From positions 5,593,327-5,657,326 of the forward strand of contig OZ316897.1 of the NCBI GenBank assembly GCA_973895155.1: DNA of 64,000 nucleotides, read 5' to 3'. The stretch is from Marsupella aquatica (lineage: Eukaryota; Plantae; Marchantiophyta). How positions within the stretch are numbered: position 1 is the stretch's first letter; every line of letters begins with the position of its first letter. Positions 24,323-36,539 of the stretch are shown one piece after another. The notes below the pieces were generated by a model. It was not told where the DNA came from. It saw only the letters and a program-made list of their open reading frames with translations, and made no database searches. Position numbers and translations under genes: made by a program.

Positions 24323-26130
24323 ACGTCCTTTACCAATCAGAATCATAAGCCTCATACATCTATCCAGGCTATGTACCTGGTCCCATCCCCGCAACCTATT
24401 CCAGCGAGTAGAGAAGTCCCTCCATGTTCTCGTTTTAGGGGACCAGTAGTCGGCAATTACCCGGATCCCAATCCGACCATACATCTCTGCAGTAAAGGCC
24501 AGCTCCGCCGCAATCCAGTTGTGAAATCCCTGTGTGCACTTAATAGCATCCATCACACTCCATCTCCCTGGAAACCCCTCAACACTTGGAACAAAGGAAA
24601 TGTGTGTCCTCAAGGTCTCCCAGGCCTTCCAGATCCCACCCGTATAATTCATTCCACCAAAAGAGCAAGGGGTGCATAGCAAAAGCTTATCCGCCAAGGT
24701 ATATTGGTTCCTTCTGATCGTTTTGAAATTCTGCCAGCCCATAATACCAAGGTTAGCACAGAGCATCCTTGACCACTCTGCCCTGGGGGAATCCAGAGCC
24801 TTCATGAACCACTGGGTCAGCAACGCATCAGAATGGCTTCAAAAATCCCTGAGGCCCAGACCTCCATCAACCTTAGGCCTGGTCATCTTGTTCCAAGCAA
24901 CCAATGGGATCTTTTTCTCTCCCGCCGGATTCACCCCCCACAAAAAATCCCTGCATAGGGCAACCATTTTCTTTGACAGACCTTCAGAAGCCTTCATGTA
25001 CATCACATGGTACACTAGGATAGCCATCAGCACATGCTTCACTAGCAGCACCCTACCCGTGAATGACAGTAATTTGTTAGACCAAGAAGACAATCTGGAG
25101 GCGATTCTGTCAAGGCAAAATCTATGCAGATTCTTCGTTGTTAACCCAATTCCAAATGGAGCACCCAAATATTTCTGGACTTCACCAAAACCACTGATCT
25201 GGCAACCAGTTGCTTTAAGCCACTCCGGCACCACAATCATAGCAAGCGGCACAATTACAAATTTCCTCAAATTCAGCCTCGCACCAGATGCACATTCGTA
25301 ACAGGACAGCCTCGGTTGCCTCTCGGAACGCCACTGCTAAAGCCGGAATGAACATTCCCACATCGTCAGCAAAAAGTCTATAACAAACCTGCAGCCCATT
25401 TGTGACCTGTATACCACTCAGTCTTCCTATAGTTATCTCAGCATCCAGAAAGTCCATAAGGGGTTGTGTAGAGATGACAAAAAGTAAAGGGGAGAGAGGG
25501 CATCCTTGCCGGACTCCCCGCCTCAACGAGATAGATTTGCTGAGAAAACCATTCACCAATACACATGAGGAAGCATCAACCAAAAGTGCCTTGATTAAGT
25601 TTATCATTCTACTACTGAAACCAAGAAGTTGCATGGTTTCCCACAAATATTCATGATTCACCCGGTCGAATGCCTTCTCAAAATCCAGCTTTAGAAACAA
25701 AGTTTCCTGCTTGCGGTTATGTACCCAATCGCTGGTAAGCCAGGCAAGAGAAATATTTTCTAAAATATGGCATCCCGGGATAAAGCCGGTTTGCTGTGGG
25801 CTAATCAGCTGACAAAGTAGATGCTTGATTCTCAGTGCAATTAATTTGGCCAGAATCTTGTAAGTCTTGACCATTGTCAAAGGCCGCCAATCTTTCAAGT
25901 ATCTCTTATCCGGTTTCTTGGGAATCAATTTAATGAGCCCATCCTTGATCTCAGCCGCCAACTTCCCTGTCAGCCAGAAATCCTGAATCATAGCCAGCAA
26001 ATCATCCTTTGTGAATTCCCAACATTCACAAAAAACCTTAGCTGTTAGCCCGTCCGTCCCAGGTGCTTTGTCCCCAGGAAGAAGCCATAGCACCGTTTTC
26101 ACCTCCAAGAGTGTAGCCATGTTGGCAAAA
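24323..26130 (-). mobile_element. Degenerate L1/Tx1-type LINE ORF2 (RT domain and downstream region)
   Basis: KAPGTDG, WRPLT, QQTGF, KLDFEKAFDRV, RGVRQGCPLSPLLF, LFADD, KYLGAP, LSFTGRVLLVKHVL, GGLGLRD. Confidence 0.92.
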
Positions 26131-26167
26131 GATTGACTACCATTACTGCAACAACTGGTCGTGGCTG

Positions 26168-26698
26168 TCAACATCGGACTCCACCTAATGGAGTTGGCCA
26201 TCTACTCAGGACTACTTTGTTCTCCAGGATCAAACAATCAATGCTAGCCAGGGTAAGTAAATCTTCCCACCAGCTTGGCTTGTACGCGTTCGAATCATCG
26301 TTGGAATCACTAGAACCAACGCCCCAGCAAAACCCACCCCGACTGCAAGAGGAGTCATCATTGGACCCCGAGTCGTTGTGGGTCCGTGCGTCGTCATCTG
26401 TATCCTCGCCTTCACTAGAAGAAATTGTGCCATGCCCAGGTGGCTGGTGCAAAGAAGAGAACTCCGCCTTCAACACCCGAGATTTCTGCACGAAGGGTTG
26501 AACTTCTGCCTTAGCCAGAGGAGCACCATCTGGTGCGGATATAGTTACCCGGGTCTTCGCGATCACTTTCCCCTTCGCCAAGATCGGGACGGTCAAATGA
26601 GCTAGAGGCTTCGGGAGAGACTTCTCCGCAGCACCCTCTCCATTGTTGTCGCTTTGAAATGTAACCGTTGCCTTCCCCTTCTCTTGTGGTGGAGCCAT
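26168..26698 (-). CDS. Unknown low-complexity ORF, probably TE-derived
   Basis: ATG in good context, S/D-rich tract; no recognisable domain; abuts the L1 fragment. Confidence 0.25.
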   Translation of the reverse strand: MAPPQEKGKATVTFQSDNNGEGAAEKSLPKPLAHLTVPILAKGKVIAKTRVTISAPDGAPLAKAEVQPFVQKSRVLKAEFSSLHQPPGHGTISSSEGEDTDDDARTHNDSGSNDDSSCSRGGFCWGVGSSDSNDDSNAYKPSWWEDLLTLASIDCLILENKVVLSRWPTPLGGVRC

Positions 26699-27366
26699 GG
26701 AAACTTAAACAAACGACTCTGCAAGATCAAGACTGAATGAAAGTTTCTTGGATGAAACCGGACGCGGGAACGCAAAAAAAGTTTCTGAGAACGAAGAACT
26801 CCAAATGATGAGAGACAGACTCGCCGGCCAGGTTTTGGGGACAGAGGTGAGAATGTTTGGACCCCGGATGGACGTCTTAGATGTAATGGTTTCCGATCGT
26901 GCAATAGACGACCGAGATGCGTTGATAGATTTTTGAGATCTCTTGATTGTGAAAACTTTAATGCACAAGTGCGTATTTGGACCACATCACAGATTTCTTG
27001 TCTGTTGTTAGAGTTATAACGTACGAACTTTGATGATAGCGCCAAGCGCTATTATTATGATTGGAGTTTTCCCTCTCCTCCTTGCCATGCGGTACTGTCT
27101 TCGGTCCAGAGTCATGCTTCCATTGTGACGTTGTTCTCCATTCACAAAAGTAGCGTCCGATGCTATTAAACTAATGACCAATCAGTTGGTTCAATATAGT
27201 CGTTGAATAACGACAAAAATCAATTGATTTACATCGTCCAAACGCTTAACGTATCTTTGTTTGTCATTATTCAATGTTCATTTATACTGTTGTTACTAAC
27301 CTCGTACATCAAACAAGCCTTAAACCGATTGGCAAAGTAAGACAACGATTATTCTCTTCCGCTAAA

Positions 27367-30300
27367 ATGGGACGATCGATTGTAGTTAGACGCAAGGACA
27401 CGCGGGATGTTGTCACGGTTATCGTATCCCCTGAATCTCAGTCAAGGAGAGTTTCGGATGAATACTTGGGGTTAAGATTTGATGTTTCAAAAGAGTGTAT
27501 TCTCTCGGTGTCCCTCCTCCCTAAGGATTCGAAGGCAAATACCATCTTCTACGATATTGTTGTTGGACTCAGGTTTTGGACGATGTATCTGGATAAAGTA
27601 TATGAGGTCTTTGTTTTGGAAGATTCTGTAGTATTGGAAGATCTATGTCCTGTTCCCAGTGGTGTTGATGTTGTCAATCTCTCTAACACTTCGGAAGACG
27701 AGGGGAAAAATTCTCCCCTTTCCTTTCATGTCCCAAAAAGGATCCCAATGGATCCCTTGGTTGTGAAGATGGAGGTACGAGATGTTCCAATTGTATATCG
27801 ACAAAGTGGGATGGATACTATCCTAAAATCAAAGGGGCATAGTGAGTTATCTTGTTTCATTAGGGAGAAGGATTTCATGCATCAGATAGTTCCCAGCCTC
27901 CCGATGACATACAATGGGAATGTTGTGTTTGAGTTGCCTCCAGTTGATTGCGTGAATTCAAAAGGGGAACGACTGAAGGACATGGACCGCGGGAAGGATT
28001 GCTATTATTGGACGCGCATCATCAAAACATCTTTGAATGTTTTACCGAAGAAGATGTGGGATTTTGGTAAGGTTCAGTGCACCGGTTCTCTTGAATGTCA
28101 GAATAATTCCTGCCAATTCTGAAGAGACAAAAAGACTAGGAACAACCAAGTCTGGGCAAGATCACCAAAACTCTCAGGAACCTTTTGAGTTGGAGAACTC
28201 ATCTCGCAAGGTGGTATTGTCTGTCACCATTGCTCTGAACCTCCGATGTGTACAAGATTGTGTCCGGCCATGATGTTCTATATGTATCCTTCGGGCAAAG
28301 TGGATTCAACACATTTGGCATATATGTCCCGGCTGGCTGTGCCATGGGATTTCACAATCATCCCAGTTGTTGGGTGTGGTCGAGAGAGGCTGAAAAGGTC
28401 GCTAAGACTCACCTTGCAAAGGAGTTCCAGGCTAATCCATGAGCTATGCCCGTTGGGATAAAAAATGCGGCTACAGACTCTCTCACCAATGCCCTCTGTG
28501 AGGAATCCGTGGAGGAAATGTCATCGGAAGAGGAGAAGGAGATATGGGAGTCCCTCATGGTTGTTGCTACACCACAAAAGTTTGCTTCTGTTCTGCGAAG
28601 TGTGAGGCAAGACCAGAAAGGTAAAGGTGAGCTTGAATATTTGGTGCGAATGCAAAAGTGTGTGAGACTTCCCTTTCTTCATAGGTATTTGCTTCCAGGC
28701 GAAGGATGTCGAGATGAAAGTGCTCACATCTTCAAGATGACTGTGCAAGGCAAAGGATCTGGGATTGACCTTCTCTGAAAAATGCAGCCTGGTGGTTCAT
28801 TGGAGAGGTCATGGGTGAGTTTCAACATCATGCATAGAATTACATCAGACTGGCTAACTTTTAGTGTTCATGTATATGATCATCACTATCGGGCACTTTG
28901 TACAATTTTCACTTGTGAGTTAAAGGCTGAAGACACCAAGTCCTTAGAGAGAGCGTGGCGATTGATGATAGAAGTTGCAAGTGAAAATGGCCTGGAGAAC
29001 ATTCAAATTCGAGGATTCATGGCAACAATGCCCAGGCTAGTTGGAATGCGGTGCAAAATGTTTTCTTCAATGGGGTACCTGATCTTGATCGAGAGTGATC
29101 AAATGCGTTTCATTTTTATCAGTCTTTTTGTCGGCATTCACGCGAAGGTGTTCTAGAAGGAAAACTCAAAGAACACAAGAAGATGTGGGACGGTCTTCGT
29201 AACGCAAAAACATTTTTGAACACATATCGTATGTCAAGAGAGATCGACGATTGGTGGCAAGCTAGAAATTGCCATCAGGGGAAGCTTCAAATCTTGCAAG
29301 GATGGCTCTCACGGTGGGTCGTCCGTTGGAGACAGCGGGGAAACTTCATAAGACTGGTAAGTCTTTTCTTATATTCACGATAGTCCGTTACCAATGTTTT
29401 GTAATAGCGCCCAGCGCTAATATGGAAAATGAGTACTCGGAGTCCAATGCCTTGTTACAGTATAGTAGCGCCAAGCGCTAGTGTGAACAAGCAAACTTTT
29501 GCAACTACGAACATGGCATTGATGCAAGAGATTTGATAGCGCTAGACGCTACTTATAGTTATAGTCCATATAGCATAAATACAAACTCCACTTGTCGCGA
29601 ATTACTGTAGTTGCTAATATATTTATTCGTTTCTGATGACAGAGCAAGAGTGCTGAGGAGGCAGGGATGATTCCGAATTGTACTGGTTCGGAATCGGTCC
29701 ATGCAGGCATGAAGGCGTGGCAAATGAAGAAGCAGGTTGGCCTCATGGAGGGATGCAAAACTGACCCAAACCGAGCCATATGTCAGATCACAGCTTATAC
29801 TGCATACGGTCGAGGATTACATCGGGGAACTAGACCCACTATCTTTGAGCTGGCTTTCAGATTTGTGGACATAATAGGGTCTCCACGTCTATTTGAAGAA
29901 GCGACCAATCTCCTTCTTTCTTATGCAGCTAAATTTGATCTGGAAAGAACTATTCCGTTGAATGGAGACGTCATCACTCGATCGGTGAAACAAAAAGGTA
30001 ATGCAAGTGGGAATGTCTCAGCACAAGACTCTCACAGGCATGATACTATCCTTGTGACTTCACCAAACACAAGGGGTTTGAAGAGGAGAAACCTCCATTC
30101 CATAGACTTTGAGAAGATGTCTTCCACACCTTCTGCTGGTGGAAGTGGTGTCGTTAATTTGTCTCAAACTGAGAGTGAAGATTTTGAGGAGGTCATCGTC
30201 CTTGAGACACCCTCACGTCAAACGACAAGATCTTCTATTCCTCCCGTCAGACATGAAGCTGGGGCCGTGCCTGAGGAATCTCTTCTCCCGATGGAAATTG

Positions 30301-30726
30301 ACATAGCTCCAAGTCTCTGGCAGCTCCGACGAACTGCAAAACGTCATGCTGGTCCAGCTTGTAATGGGACCCTCGGTTGGAGAGGAAGCCGCGATGAATG
30401 TCGAAATCAAGTAAAGAAGGTTGGGTTTCCAAATCCAGAAGGAGTTGTCACAATATCTGGAAGAGAACCTCATCCGGACCAGATATGGTTTTGCCCAAAC
30501 AACAAATGTCACAAAAGTCGGCCAAGAAGAGGAGTTTCAAATATTCCCAATATACCACCCGTTCTTCCCATTGCGAGAGGGACCAATCTCCAGGAGGGCG
30601 AGATCCAATTCTTGAGAGAACAAGGTCTAATTGGTACAGGTTAGGTAAGGGAAGGTCAGGAGCCATCCCCGTTTGAGTTGCGCATCGATGTGAATTTGTT
30701 CCAAGAGAGGATCAATTTAGCGGACC
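27367..30726 (+). pseudogene. MULE-like DDE transposase (copy B), one intron, frameshifted, 3' end cut by an LTR insertion
   Basis: WLTFSVHVYD..CTIFTCELKAED..GFMA(D)NAQA.WNAV pattern; phase-0 intron 29357-29642 joins GNFIRL to the 29667 frame; homologous to 15941-16920. Confidence 0.7.
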
Positions 30727-33631
30727 TGTGACGCCGATGACATGGTCCTTATTCTTTAATCTGATTAACTAGGCTGCTATATGCAAGGAGTAGCTATTGA
30801 TATTGCATAACAATTAGCAAGATGGCAAGAATAAGGGCAATCATGGCATTAAGAGTAGGGAAATAAAAGCTATGTCGCGGGTGGCCGGCGACCATATCTC
30901 TTTCAATATGTCACCAAATCCAGATCTGTAAAGAGCATTGGAAAGATCTGGTCAAGGCAAGTAAAATCGATATAAAACACTCTCAAAATGGGGGTGTATT
31001 AGGAAAGATATGATCTTATTAGTGTGACAAGTTAGTGTGTAACCTGGGATAGCGGATATGGATAGAGGTTAGCGGACACGGATAGCGGATACGGATAGAG
31101 GTTAGCGGACATGGATAGCAGATACGGATAGAGGTTAGCGGACACGGATAGCGGATACGGATAGAGGTTAGCGGACACGGATAGCTGACACGGATAACGG
31201 ACAACGGACACGGACAACGGACACGGATAGTAGACAGCAGGCATAGATAGCGGACACGGATAACGGACACGGACAACGAACACGGACAACGGACACGAAC
31301 AATGGACACAGATAACGGACACGGATAGCGGACACGGACACGGATAGCGGCTTAGCCTGAGGCCACGGGTTAACTCTTCTAAGGTTAGATAGGATAGCTA
31401 GGCTAGCCGAACTGGGGTTAGCTATGTAACTCGGGTTAGCGTAGCAATGAGTACCCCCTCTCGGTTGCGGGGGCATAACTTTCTGTGTATTTGGCCAAAT
31501 TGGCTATAATTGACCTCGTTGGAAAGAGGAGCTCAAGCCGCTTCCAACGCTGCTATCCACGTAGCAAATGGTTGAATAGAGAAATCAGGAGAGGAAGCGC
31601 AAGCTCGTGAAAACCATGGAGGAGGGCCAAATCCGAAATACATAGCCAATTCGAGATAGAAATAAAGTTGCGAGTTAGGGTTCAGTAGTTAGAGATAGTG
31701 GCGGCTCTGTTAGGGCTGGGATGGGGCTCCAACAACGTAGTATCCACCCATTTGGACTCAGTATGAGAGTATATAGAGCAGCCCCCCGGTAGAGGCAAGG
31801 GGGGGGGACTTCAGTTGTGTGATCTCACTTAGACTGAGCAGCAAGGAGGAGCTCTGTGCAAGCAAGGCTGGACTTGGACGCTGCGTGTTGGGGAGAGCTT
31901 GGTTGTGCTATTACTTAGGATTAATCAGCCAAGCTTCACAGCAACGGGTTGCTAGGTTTGCGAGCTGGATTGTGGCTTTTCTAGTGGGCAGCACAACTGG
32001 GTTCTTTTCCCCCGATACAGAGCCTTGGTGATAGGTGATGTATTGGTGATTGTAAACTGTGGGGAGGATGTCAATTTGATTTGTGGTGAGCACATTAGGG
32101 AGGCTGAGATACTGATTGAGGGGCAGCAGAAGGAGCATTTACAGTTCGGTCTGGCAAGGCTACGTGATCCATGGGGAGTCCCGGCCTTTGTCTGGTAGAG
32201 AGCACTAAGGGATTTATGGCCAGAGCTGAGCTTGCAAGGCAAGCATGAGGCCGGGCCTCATTGCAATCTGGGGTAGATCGCCGTTAGGCCTGGTACCAGC
32301 TTTGAAGTCGAGTCAACTATGCATGCGTAACTTGACGTTCTGAATTGGAGGTGTGAGATCTGTATGTGCCCCCAAGAATGAAGTGCAGTGAAGGAGGTTG
32401 AGTTCAGGATTGAGTTTGCAAGGCAAGTACGGGATTGGTTTGAGTCCAATCTGCAGTCGCAATCTGGAGTGAGTTGGGCTCAGGTTCAGGATTGAGCTTG
32501 CATTGCAAGCATGGGGCTTGCGGGGCAAGCACGTCACAATCTGGAGGAGACAGCCTTCGGCCCTAGTGTTTGGATCAAGTGTTCTCAGTGAACTATTGTG
32601 CACATCTTTTAATCTAATTGAGTTTTCCTCTCAGGCCTCATTTCTCTCATGGATGTGTGTGTGTGTGAGGCAATCTGAGTGTATGATGGGACTAGCAGCA
32701 CCACTGAGAGGTGTACAGGGTGCATTGAAGTGGGCTGGGTGAGGACTGTCATAGCTCTGATTGCTGAGAGTGGAATGGCAGAGTGGTGGGGCAATGGCTT
32801 AGAAGTCCCTAAGCCGGGAATCAGTCAGGAGTCACTGGTTTATGGGTACATTCCGGCGGCGGAATAGAAACATACCTATGACAGTAAGCATACGTATAGA
32901 CCTATGTGCACTGTAGCGCTAGGCCCTGTGTGTACGGGCCCGATATGAAGACCCCTTCTCACCAGAACTATCATGAGCACAAATCTGATCCTCGACCATG
33001 GTTCCTTGGGATTGAGCTTGGTGATGTGTGATCTCTTGCTATGATAGTCTGGTGTTAAGGGCATAAATTGGTGTTTACCGGCCTTCACAACATCCCTTCG
33101 TGATCCTCAGGTACAAGGAGATGGTTTTGGCACCCATAGTGACGTTTTTGGTGTTAAGACCCATGTCAATCGCGTGACATTTTTGGCGCTAGATGGAGGG
33201 GATGGAGCTATGTTGTGATGCTGGTAAGAGTTCTTATCTTGTGAGGAAGGAGTATCCTCTATTGGTGCTGGATTTCAGAAGTGCAGGAGTATGTACAGTG
33301 AGGGGAGCAAAGCAGTATGTTCATATTTGAAGCTCACTTGTGTACATTGGCATGCTGAGGAGGAGGTTCTGGCCTGTCTGCACGGGGAATCTCAGCTTGG
33401 AAGGAGGCAAAAGAGAAGTTAGTATTTTGTCTCCCTCTAGATCCAGGATGTTGTGTGAAGCGGGGACGCTTCACAGTTAAGTAGGGGGATATGTGACGCC
33501 GATGACATGGTCCTTATTCTTTAATCTGATTAACTAGGCTACTGTATGCAAGGAGTAGCTATTGATATTGCATAACAATTAGCAAGATGGCAAGAATAAG
33601 GGCAATCATGGCATTAAGAGTAGGGAAATAA
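30727..33631 (+). mobile_element. Non-autonomous LTR retrotransposon (2.45-kb 5' LTR, ~310-bp non-coding interior, 3' LTR truncated after 140 bp)
   Basis: LTR TGTGACGC..GCGTGACA 30727-33179; PBS TGGCGCTAGATGGAGGGG 33184-33201; PPT AAGTAGGGGGATA; 33492-33631 repeats 30727-30867. Confidence 0.88.
31047..31350 (+). repeat. Compound minisatellite: 33-bp units grading into 6-bp (CGGAYA-like) units
   Basis: GGATAGCGGATACGGATAGAGGTTAGCGGACAC x~4, then ACGGAC/ACGGAT hexamers. Confidence 0.9.
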
Positions 33632-36410
33632 GGGGTATTTACATAAGACAGGAAACAGGAAAACAGGAAACCCAAAACAGGAACCGATGACAGGAAACAA
33701 GAAACCGAATACACCAAACTTAAACGAAAAATACCGGAAACTTTTCTGTTGTTAAGCAAGAACTTGACACCCAAAATGGGGTGTTTAGAAGATTGTAGTC
33801 AAGTCCAAAAAAAATGATGTAGAATAGCAACAGGCGCTCGAATACTAAGCCGAGGGGAACGGTACTTTTGAACCTGGGTTATACTAAAAAGCACAGGCAC
33901 GCACCAGGTGCTGCCATTGTAATTGTACAAAATGGAGCTCTAAACAAGAAACTCGGGCGCCTCCGTCGGACCGGTGAAGATACTAGCGCCAAGCGCTAGT
34001 TATATCGCCCAGTCAGACGGAGGCCGACGTGATAAATACGATGAACCCACCGGGACCATCGGACCGACGTTTAGGGTTTTACATCCAAAAGAGCCAACTC
34101 CAACCAATTCACATAATTGAACGCCACCCCAAAATCCACAAAGTCTTGCGATACAATCTTTTTTAGTAAGATGGTAGTGCCAGGCGCTTACAAAAGATCA
34201 AAGTGATCCGCATAACCACACCGTAAACGGAAGGTATGAAAGTTTCAAAAAGCTACGCGCATCCGACGCCTCTTGCTTAAAATGGCCGAACAGTAAACTA
34301 GTGCTAGGCACTTCACCGAACTCCACACAATCGATAACCAAAATGGCTACATCTAACGACAAGATTTCTAAATTCCGGTCGAGTCCCCACGAAGTCTTCA
34401 TCACATTCGAAAAAACTTGAGCGCTATGGGCACCATAGTCTTAGAGACCAACGCTGGCGCCGGGCCCTAGTCCGCTCATTGGTCGATGAGCCACATTCAT
34501 CGTTCACTCTAGCATGAGATCGGGCTCTATCTGGAACGAAACCGTGCTCACGGTTCCTCACAAATGCCATCGACGGAACTCGCTCATCACCGGTTTGGGG
34601 AAACACGCCAGGAATGGTCGTGTTCTGGAAATCAACACGGCCAAGTTCTTCCTGTTTCCTCATCTCATCCTCCCGAGTTGGACTGTAAAGAGGAGGTGGT
34701 CAGTGAATCGTAAACCGCTTTGCAAATCTCCTAGGCGGAGAATCCCTCAGCCATGGGATCAGATTGTCACCAGGACTAATGGCTTCGTCTTGGGGGAGAC
34801 TAAAACGGTTGCAGAAAGCACTTGTCTCCTACCATTCAGGCTGCTCAGTTTCTGGAACCGAGCCCTCCTCCAAAATGATTGTGGTGTGTCTTTGAAAAGA
34901 GGCCACGGAGATTCTCCTCGGGTTATTCATGGTATGACACCTCTAGGCAGCGGATGGCAGATTCAAAGATATAGTTGTCAATACAACCCCTATCAGCGAA
35001 AGAGCTCAAAGATTATCGAAAGTGGGAACAGAAACCACTAAAGCAGTAGCGAAACTAGGTAGTCGGGATGTAATCTCCCAAGTATTATAAGCAAACCCGT
35101 TCGACCTGGATACGCCCATCGTAATGAGGGAGGGGGTGGAGGTTGCATCCTCAAAGTCCCCAAACTACCGGTTCAACATGGAACGGTCACTCCCATCTCA
35201 CATGATAGTTGCGACGTTTACCTTCGTCTCCATTCAGAAACGGTCGACCAAAACCAGTATTGGAATCCTGAAATGTTTCAGGCATCCAAAGTCCCGTTGT
35301 GACGTGAAGTGACCGTTTGGATGAGAAAAATCCCGTACCAGCTCACATGTGAGTCGCGACAGGCCGAACGAACTTAGAACGGGACAAAAGATTACCTCAA
35401 AACTTCCACTGACGTCATCCAGAGCGTACGGGAAAATCATTGTAAGATTGCCTTGACCGTCATACAGTTATAGTAGCGCCCGACGCTAATATTAAATAAA
35501 ACGATATCGTTTGGTATGCACTTTAGCATGCGCGATCTGCTACGTCTCCAGTTTCGCGATTATAAGCTCGGGGCAAAATTTCACTTCGAGTTGGAAGGGC
35601 AATCGGCTGCGGTTTGAGCTCAGATTTTGCCAGAGCATTGGAAACAGCAAGAATGTATCACTGGCAAAGTTAGAGCTGCAATCAACATCGTTTGATATGC
35701 ACTTTAGCATGCACGATCTGTTACGTCTCCAGTTTCGCAATTCTGAGCTTGGGGCGAAATTTCACTTCGAGTTGGAAGGGAAATCGGCTGTGGTTTAAGC
35801 TCAGACTTTGCCAGAGCATTGGAAACAGCGAGAATGTATCACTAACAAAGTTAGAGCTGCAACCGACATCGTTTGGTATGCACTTTAGCATGCACGGTCT
35901 GTTACGTCTCCAGTTTCGCAATTCTAAGCTTGGGGCGAAATTTCACTTCGAGTTGGAAGGGAAATTGGCTGCGGTTTAAGCTCAGACTTTGCCAGAGCAT
36001 TGGAAACAGCAAGAATGTATCACTGGCAAAGTTAGAGCTGCAACCGACATCGTTTGGTATGCACTTTAGCATGCACGATCTGCTACGTGTCCAGTTTTGG
36101 GATTCTGAGCTTGGGGCGAAATTTCACTTCGAGTTGGAAGGGCAATCGGCTGCGGTTTGAGCTCAGACTTTGCCAGAGTGTTGCAAACAGCGAGAGTGTA
36201 TCACTGGCAAAGGTAGAGCTGCAACTGACATCCTCTACTGCTCCCAATTTCTATTTGTCGTCTAAGAGTACATTCTAACAACAGTTTCAGCTTTGTGATG
36301 GCAACGGAGGAGATTGCCCCCATCTCAAGGCTTTGCTTGAGAAAATCTTAGTTGTGGCTGAAAACTCCGCAATTGAGATTACCACGCTCAGCAAGGAGGT
36401 GACGGAGCTA
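33632..36410. mobile_element. Terminal part of a MULE-like element (copy C) inserted into the 3' LTR
   Basis: Abrupt start GGGGTATTTACATAAGACAGGAAACAGG exactly where LTR homology ends; family palindromes at 33984, 34175, 35474. Confidence 0.6.
35503..36232 (+). repeat. 181-bp tandem repeat, 4 units
   Basis: ATCGTTTGGTATGCACTTTAGCATGC recurs every 181 bp (ORF-track starts 35511, 35692, 35873, 36054). Confidence 0.95.
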
Positions 36411-36539
36411 AATGGTAATGGTAATGGTAATGTATTATAAGCTCCGGGACCATGAAAGTCAAAGGAGCTGCCACAAAAAGTAAAGTACAATGCAATCAAA
36501 GAAAAGAGCAACCAAAAGAGATTGCTCAGAAGAGGACAA

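Noticed and set aside
31047-31350. CRISPR-like array
   Set aside because: No unique spacers, no cas genes, eukaryotic LTR context
30727-33179. Retrozyme (hammerhead ribozyme in a non-autonomous LTR element)
   Set aside because: No CUGANGA...GAAA core with stems found by eye here or at 47190-47330; a covariance search would be needed to exclude it fully
35511-36278. Repeated 95-aa ORFs
   Set aside because: By-product of the 181-bp repeat; unit length is not a multiple of 3
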